Virus record (IMG/VR): IMGVR_UViG_3300010167_001484
Location: 96,001 to 160,000 of that record
Strand: one strand, 5' to 3'
Origin: a virus
Taxonomy: Duplodnaviria; Caudoviricetes
DNA length: 64,000 bases
The notes under the pieces: model-generated
What the model saw: the letters and a program-made list of their open reading frames with translations, nothing else
Told to the model about the DNA's origin: nothing
The model's database searches: none
Part shown: in pieces, positions 58,653 through 64,000 of the stretch
Layout of the letters: the number at the start of each line of letters is the position of its first letter
How positions within the stretch are numbered: the first letter of the stretch is position 1
Translations under genes and position numbers: made by a program

Positions 58653-58664
58653 ACCTTTAATATT
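58651..58664 (+). promoter_or_regulatory. Putative phage late promoter motif
   Basis: AAACCTTTAATATT. Confidence 0.5.
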
Positions 58665-58688
58665 AATGTATTAAGTAGGTGATTCTGT

Positions 58689-59111
58689 ATGAAAGTAGGA
58701 CAGTTCGACATATGTCCTGTGTGTAAATTTGTATTAGGACAGGAGAATCAATTTCAAATAAGGGAATGTCCTAATTGTAATACACTAATACCTCCTAGAA
58801 TGGGTCAAGGATATGCTGTTAGATTAGATCATGGTATGTTAGAATCTAATAGAGATGATTTAGGGTTTATCAACCCTAATCTACATAGAAGAATTATCTA
58901 TTGTGAATGTATGGAACTGAATAGCTGGATTTGTCCTGTACATAAAGATGTAGGTGTCTGTAATTGTGAACCTTATGTTATACCTTGTGAATGTGGTGTG
59001 CGAAATAGGTCTAATGAAACTTACAAAGTCAGTATAAATGGAATTCAATCGTATCTTGAAACATCAATAAAAATTCGTGATGAAGATAGTGTTATTTCGG
59101 AGATACCTTAA
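58689..59111 (+). CDS. Cys-rich hypothetical protein
   Basis: Several CxxC/CxC. Confidence 0.65.
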   Translation: MKVGQFDICPVCKFVLGQENQFQIRECPNCNTLIPPRMGQGYAVRLDHGMLESNRDDLGFINPNLHRRIIYCECMELNSWICPVHKDVGVCNCEPYVIPCECGVRNRSNETYKVSINGIQSYLETSIKIRDEDSVISEIP

Positions 59112-59347
59112 TGAAATCTAATAGAATTAGAGTAGTAACCAAGCAACAAGTTGATTTTGAAACTTTACCTCAATTAAAGAAATATTTGTGGTTGAATATT
59201 AAAACCAACAAGCATTATCGTATTGTGAGTGTGTTTAAGGGTTATGATGGTAATAGATATGTAGCTTTGATAAATATACCGGATGTTTCTGATAGACGTT
59301 TAATTCTATTTTCACAATTCTTGCAGAAATTCCAGTTAATTTTATAA
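59111..59347 (+). CDS. Hypothetical protein
   Basis: TAATG-coupled ORF. Confidence 0.55.
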   Translation: MKSNRIRVVTKQQVDFETLPQLKKYLWLNIKTNKHYRIVSVFKGYDGNRYVALINIPDVSDRRLILFSQFLQKFQLIL

Positions 59348-59360
59348 AGGTGTTTATATA

Positions 59361-59549
59361 ATGGGAAGTTATTCAAATTCATTTATAGATTATCAGTTTG
59401 ACAATGATTTTTGGAATTTAAATAAAGTCTCAAATAAGCGCTTATCTATATTCGTGTCGATACTTGTAATTTCTATAATTGTATTAGGAATACCTATTAT
59501 AATATATAATGGAATCAGTGTTATATACTATAAGATTCGAGGTCATTAG
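59361..59549 (+). CDS. Small membrane protein
   Basis: Hydrophobic helix. Confidence 0.5.
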   Translation: MGSYSNSFIDYQFDNDFWNLNKVSNKRLSIFVSILVISIIVLGIPIIIYNGISVIYYKIRGH

Positions 59550-59550
59550 A

Positions 59551-61023
59551 TTGATTCATAATAATTTAAAAGGTGAAATTAAGAATCTAGGTCCTATGCA
59601 GAATGTTTCAATTCAAGTAATTGATTCTGTTACAGATAGAATTGTTCATCAACATGTCGGACATAATGCTGCTACTAATGCACTTCTCGTAGGATTAGCA
59701 CATTATTTGCAAGGAGATGGTGTACTTAATCAAGGTGTGCATCAACTTTCAGCATTTGTACCAAGATTTATGTCTCTAGGTACAATGGGACTTGTAAATC
59801 AGCTTGAAGATGAAGATGGTTTACCTATGGGATTGGGCTATAAATCTTATAGAGATTATGACCCTGATAAAAAATGTTGGGTATATAATAGATGTAATCA
59901 GTTAACTGGAGAGCAGAGAGATTTTTTAGGTGTATTTAATAGTGATCAACCTTTGACAGAAGAACAAGAAGAGGCATTACGATTTAAAGATTATATGGAT
60001 ATGATGCCTGGTTACGGTGCAGATGGTTATGATCTTAATATGAATAACAGCCGAACTAGTAGTGCTGACGGTTATATCATGGCAGGTTTAGGTCCACCTT
60101 TTAGTAGACGTAGTGAAGTTGGAGCCCCTGCATTGGGGATGTTGCCTGTAACTAATGTTAAACCTTGTCCAGTGTGTGGTGATGTGAATTGTCCACATAG
60201 TCAACACGGTGAAATCACATTTGATCCTTATGATTATGATACAGTTCGATGTGAGTTGATATCTGATACTTTTCCTCGTCAACATATTTCATATAGAGAT
60301 ATAGTACCTGAGGAACAGGCTGAGTTACCTAAAACAATCGATGTTGTGTTTAGTTCTATGGTATCTACTGGAGCATTAAGACAATTCAGACGTACTGATC
60401 ATGATTATGTATTTATAACAGAAGCAGGATTGTGGTCAAGACGTGATTGGAACCTTAGTGGTAGTAACGGTCTCCTTGCAGGTTACAGAATTGCTCCTCC
60501 TAATAGTGATAATTGGGTGATGTACCCAGATCATTCAATCTTCATAGATAGATATTATAATGAAAATAATATCACCGGGATACCTACTTCTGATGATAGA
60601 TTTAATGCTGTGATGCATGCTCGTATGATGATAAGTGAGATTGATTTTGAACGAGCTAGAGAGAATCGGCTAATTCTAAAGAAGAATATAATCAAAGTTG
60701 GTATAAATCAAATTGTTCAAATAATCTGGAAGGTACAACTTGGTGAAATAGAGCAGTTATTTCCTGGAGCGTATTGTCCAAATTGTCGAACAGAATATAT
60801 ACCAGAATTACCTGGAACATCTCCTAGAGAACCAAGTAATGTATGTTCATTCTGTTGTAGATTGGATGCAGGAAATATTGATTTAATAGATGAAGAGTTT
60901 TGTCCCCGTATTTGTGATATAGATGCTGGAGATTTAGAGATGGATATAGCAGGTACAATATTATCTGGACAACATTCTGGTGCAGGAGTAAATAGTACTA
61001 TTTATATGGAATATTCTGAATGA
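59551..61023 (+). CDS. Baseplate/fibre-attachment structural protein
   Basis: HNAATN..L.G, ITEAGLW, K...Q....WK.Q patterns; TTG start after GAGGT. Confidence 0.55.
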   Translation: MIHNNLKGEIKNLGPMQNVSIQVIDSVTDRIVHQHVGHNAATNALLVGLAHYLQGDGVLNQGVHQLSAFVPRFMSLGTMGLVNQLEDEDGLPMGLGYKSYRDYDPDKKCWVYNRCNQLTGEQRDFLGVFNSDQPLTEEQEEALRFKDYMDMMPGYGADGYDLNMNNSRTSSADGYIMAGLGPPFSRRSEVGAPALGMLPVTNVKPCPVCGDVNCPHSQHGEITFDPYDYDTVRCELISDTFPRQHISYRDIVPEEQAELPKTIDVVFSSMVSTGALRQFRRTDHDYVFITEAGLWSRRDWNLSGSNGLLAGYRIAPPNSDNWVMYPDHSIFIDRYYNENNITGIPTSDDRFNAVMHARMMISEIDFERARENRLILKKNIIKVGINQIVQIIWKVQLGEIEQLFPGAYCPNCRTEYIPELPGTSPREPSNVCSFCCRLDAGNIDLIDEEFCPRICDIDAGDLEMDIAGTILSGQHSGAGVNSTIYMEYSE

Positions 61024-61034
61024 GGTAAGATATA

Positions 61035-64000
61035 ATGGCAGATGTCATAATGTTACTAACTAATAAAGGTAAAGAGTTGAAAGCTAAACTCGAAACCACT
61101 GGAGATAATCCTCCATTACAGTATACTAGAATAGTATCTGCTAGTGGTCGTTCTAGTGATCCTGTTAATGCTGTTGCACTCACTAATCCAAAATTACCTT
61201 TAAGTATAATTGATTCGTATAATGATGGTGTAGATACAATAATAAAGTGCCTTATAACAAATGCAGGTAATCCTGATTTGGGTATAGGTCCACTTGAAGA
61301 AAAGTATGGTATAGCTCAAATAGGTTTCTTCGCTCTTGATCCTGATGAAGGTGAGATATTATATAGACTTTGTCAATATGATATGTCTATTCCTGTACCT
61401 AGTATATCTGACGGTATATTTAGATATGAACCCGAATTTAGAATAACTACTGATAATGCTAATGTTGTTATATTCCCTCCACCTACAGGATTTATATCTT
61501 ACGGTGATTTATCTAATGCTATGGATGAAGTAATCAGTAATAATCCGGAGATGGTTGGTAGAGAGGGTCCTAAGGGTGATAAAGGTGACAAGGGTGATCA
61601 AGGTCCTAAAGGTGAAGATGGTATTCAAGGTATTGATGGTAAAGATGGCATTCAAGGTATTGATGGTAAAGATGGTCCAGCCGGTCCTAAAGGTGATAAA
61701 GGTGATAAAGGAGACAAAGGTGATAAGGGCGATAAAGGCGATACGGGACCTCCTGGTGAGTTAGGGCCTCCCGAAGGTTCTAGTAAGTTCTCTTTAGATT
61801 TTATATATCCAATTGGAGCTATATATTCATCTGTAGATCCTACACATCCTTCAGAATTATTTGGTGGAGAGTGGATAGAATGGGGGCAAGGTAGAGTACC
61901 TGTTAGTGTTTCAACGTCAGGTACATTCAATACAGTTGAAAAAATTGGTGGTTCTGAAACAGAATCTTTGACAACAGCACAATTAGCACAACATAATCAT
62001 ACATTTGATGGTACATCTGATCAAACTACTAGTTCATCTGGTACTAATAATACTAGCAGTACAACTCCAGGAGTAACAGGTGGAGTTAATACAGCTAATA
62101 CAGGTAATCCTACCTCTAATCCAGCATCAGGTTCAACATCTGGAGTAACCGACGGAATGAGTGCTAATTCGACTGGTAGTTTTCACTTTAGAACAGTTGC
62201 TACAGACAGTCATGGTACAGGTAACTTTGGTATGCTCATTAATCCTGTAGGTGCATTTGGACCTCATCAATGGATACCTCCTATGGTTACTAGTGGTACT
62301 GGATATGGGAATAGTTTAATTGGTATAACTCCTGTAAGATTATCACCTACAGGTACTGGAAATATTGGAGGAACACCAGTTCATAGTCATAGGATGGATC
62401 TTAATGTATCTCATACTCATAATTTCGGTAGTCATACTCACTCTATTAGTAACCATGTACATACACAAGCACATACACATAATAGTGCTGCTCATACTCA
62501 TACTGGTCCAAGTCATACACATACATTAACTCCTGCTGGTACTATCGGTAATACCGGTACTGGGATAGATCATAATAATTTACAGCCTTACATTACTTGT
62601 TATATGTGGAAACGTACTGGTGGGGTTATGAATGATGTAGCTGTTGGTGGAGAAGGATTTCAAGGTGAAACAGGTGAACAAGGACCTAAAGGTGATAAAG
62701 GTGATCAAGGAATTCAAGGCGAAGAGGGTATACAAGGTCCTAAAGGTGATAAAGGGGATAAGGGTGATAAGGGAGATCCAGGTATACAAGGACCTCCTGG
62801 TGAATTAGGACCTCCGGAAGGTTCTAGTAAATTCTCTCTTGATAAGATATATCCTATCGGTGCTATATATTCTTCAGTAGATCCTACATCTCCTGAAACA
62901 TTATTTGGTGGAGATTGGGTAGAATGGGGTCAAGGTCGTGTTCCAGTTGGTATAGCAGATTCGGGAACATTTGATACAGTTGAAAAAACAGGTGGAGCTG
63001 AAACACATACACATACAATAAGCAACCATATTCATACTATGGCACATACACATACATTTGCACATACTCATACAATGGCTCATACTCATACCGGACCTTC
63101 ACATACACATACTAGTGCAGCTCATACTCATACCGGACCATCTCATTCCCATGTTTTAGGTAATTCAAGTTATGCTAAAATTGATATATCCGGAGGAGCT
63201 CATAAATATATAGCTAGTAAACTTATAAAAACTCCATCATATACTTTTGATTTGGCTACTTCTAGTATATCTTCTGCACCAGCTGCAAATATTAGTAATA
63301 CTGACGGTACAGGGTTAGGTGGTAATACTGATGCAGCGGGTACAGGTGCAACAGGATCTACAACTCCAGGGGCAACAGGTTCAGCTGGTAATGGAGCTAC
63401 AGGTGCAGCAAGTGTTGCCGATACAGGTGCAGCTAGTACAACTACTACTAGTGATGTAAGTACAGCTAATACAGGTAATTCAACTACTAATCCAGTAAGT
63501 GGTTCTGAATCAAATTTACAGCCTTACATTACTTGTTATATGTGGAAACGTGTAGGCGGAGTGATGAAAGATGTAGATGTTGGTGGAACTGGAAATGTTG
63601 ATATTCCTGAACTTGTTAATGAAATAAAAGAAACACTTTATTTAGAGATTCTAGATGAGATTACATCTTCTGTTAAAGCAAGTATATATCCTATAGGTTC
63701 AATATATATGTCATCTAGTCCAACTAATCCTTCTGTACAATTTGGAGGTACTTGGGTAGAATGGGGTCAAGGTAAAGTACCAATAGGTGTTGCAGATTCT
63801 GGTATATTCGATACGGTTGAAGTAACTGGTGGAGCTGAAACTCACACACATACAATAAGTAACCATGTACATTCACAAGCACATACACATACATTAGCAC
63901 ATACACATGCAGGACCATCTCATACACATACTAGTGCAGCTCATACTCATACTGGACCTAATCATACACATGGTTTAGTTGCAGGTTATGCTCGTCTAGA
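61035..64000 (+). CDS. Long tail fibre: attachment domain + collagen linkers + at least 3 tandem needle modules (runs off window; absent from ORF track)
   Basis: LTNKG..L.AK...IGFFALDPDEGEILY; GxY repeats ~61557-61770 and ~62655-62820; IYPIG...WKR modules from ~61800, ~62845 and ~63685. Confidence 0.85.
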   Translation, partial: MADVIMLLTNKGKELKAKLETTGDNPPLQYTRIVSASGRSSDPVNAVALTNPKLPLSIIDSYNDGVDTIIKCLITNAGNPDLGIGPLEEKYGIAQIGFFALDPDEGEILYRLCQYDMSIPVPSISDGIFRYEPEFRITTDNANVVIFPPPTGFISYGDLSNAMDEVISNNPEMVGREGPKGDKGDKGDQGPKGEDGIQGIDGKDGIQGIDGKDGPAGPKGDKGDKGDKGDKGDKGDTGPPGELGPPEGSSKFSLDFIYPIGAIYSSVDPTHPSELFGGEWIEWGQGRVPVSVSTSGTFNTVEKIGGSETESLTTAQLAQHNHTFDGTSDQTTSSSGTNNTSSTTPGVTGGVNTANTGNPTSNPASGSTSGVTDGMSANSTGSFHFRTVATDSHGTGNFGMLINPVGAFGPHQWIPPMVTSGTGYGNSLIGITPVRLSPTGTGNIGGTPVHSHRMDLNVSHTHNFGSHTHSISNHVHTQAHTHNSAAHTHTGPSHTHTLTPAGTIGNTGTGIDHNNLQPYITCYMWKRTGGVMNDVAVGGEGFQGETGEQGPKGDKGDQGIQGEEGIQGPKGDKGDKGDKGDPGIQGPPGELGPPEGSSKFSLDKIYPIGAIYSSVDPTSPETLFGGDWVEWGQGRVPVGIADSGTFDTVEKTGGAETHTHTISNHIHTMAHTHTFAHTHTMAHTHTGPSHTHTSAAHTHTGPSHSHVLGNSSYAKIDISGGAHKYIASKLIKTPSYTFDLATSSISSAPAANISNTDGTGLGGNTDAAGTGATGSTTPGATGSAGNGATGAASVADTGAASTTTTSDVSTANTGNSTTNPVSGSESNLQPYITCYMWKRVGGVMKDVDVGGTGNVDIPELVNEIKETLYLEILDEITSSVKASIYPIGSIYMSSSPTNPSVQFGGTWVEWGQGKVPIGVADSGIFDTVEVTGGAETHTHTISNHVHSQAHTHTLAHTHAGPSHTHTSAAHTHTGPNHTHGLVAGYARL

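Noticed and set aside
609-63927. Minus-strand and nested short ORFs in the track (e.g. 609-1046, 20033-20395, 53707-54264, 61555-61764)
   Set aside because: Shadows of well-supported plus-strand genes with no recognisable motifs.
1-64000. Stop-codon reassignment
   Set aside because: Long core genes are uninterrupted in the standard code, and TAA, TAG and TGA all end genes at tight junctions.

Overview
AT-rich (roughly 30% GC by eye), entirely plus-strand, gene-dense segment of a large contractile-tailed (T4-like/jumbo myovirus-type) phage, standard genetic code. The host is probably a Gram-positive Firmicute (inferred from CHAP/M23/tail-lysozyme enzymes and clostridial-type Cys/Ig repeats). 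Order: an accessory array of small genes sharing an N-terminal MKRLIRA-type leader (0.1-6.9 kb); terminase large subunit; a degenerate NAD-ligase homologue; portal; neck/tail-completion genes; ten paralogous His-rich needle/fibre genes with Cys-rich and Ig/FN3 proteins among them (15.9-26.8 kb); sheath and tube flanked by homing endonucleases; duplicated tail chaperones; tape measure; baseplate and cell-wall hydrolases; and a multi-needle collagen fibre running off the right end. No capsid or protease gene, tRNA, CRISPR array, integrase or reverse transcriptase was recognised. Most notable: (1) the leader-tagged cassette array, a candidate capsid-targeted/injected protein system spread by a repeat copied from the end of a Mor-like gene; (2) the fibre repertoire with a shared docking peptide, a mirror-image HxH/TG segment code and a G9 tract; (3) a tail-chaperone frameshift apparently replaced by gene duplication; (4) phage promoter motifs, three three-way-junction RNA candidates and lox-arm-like palindromes. 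All family assignments are from motif recognition by eye, not database searches.
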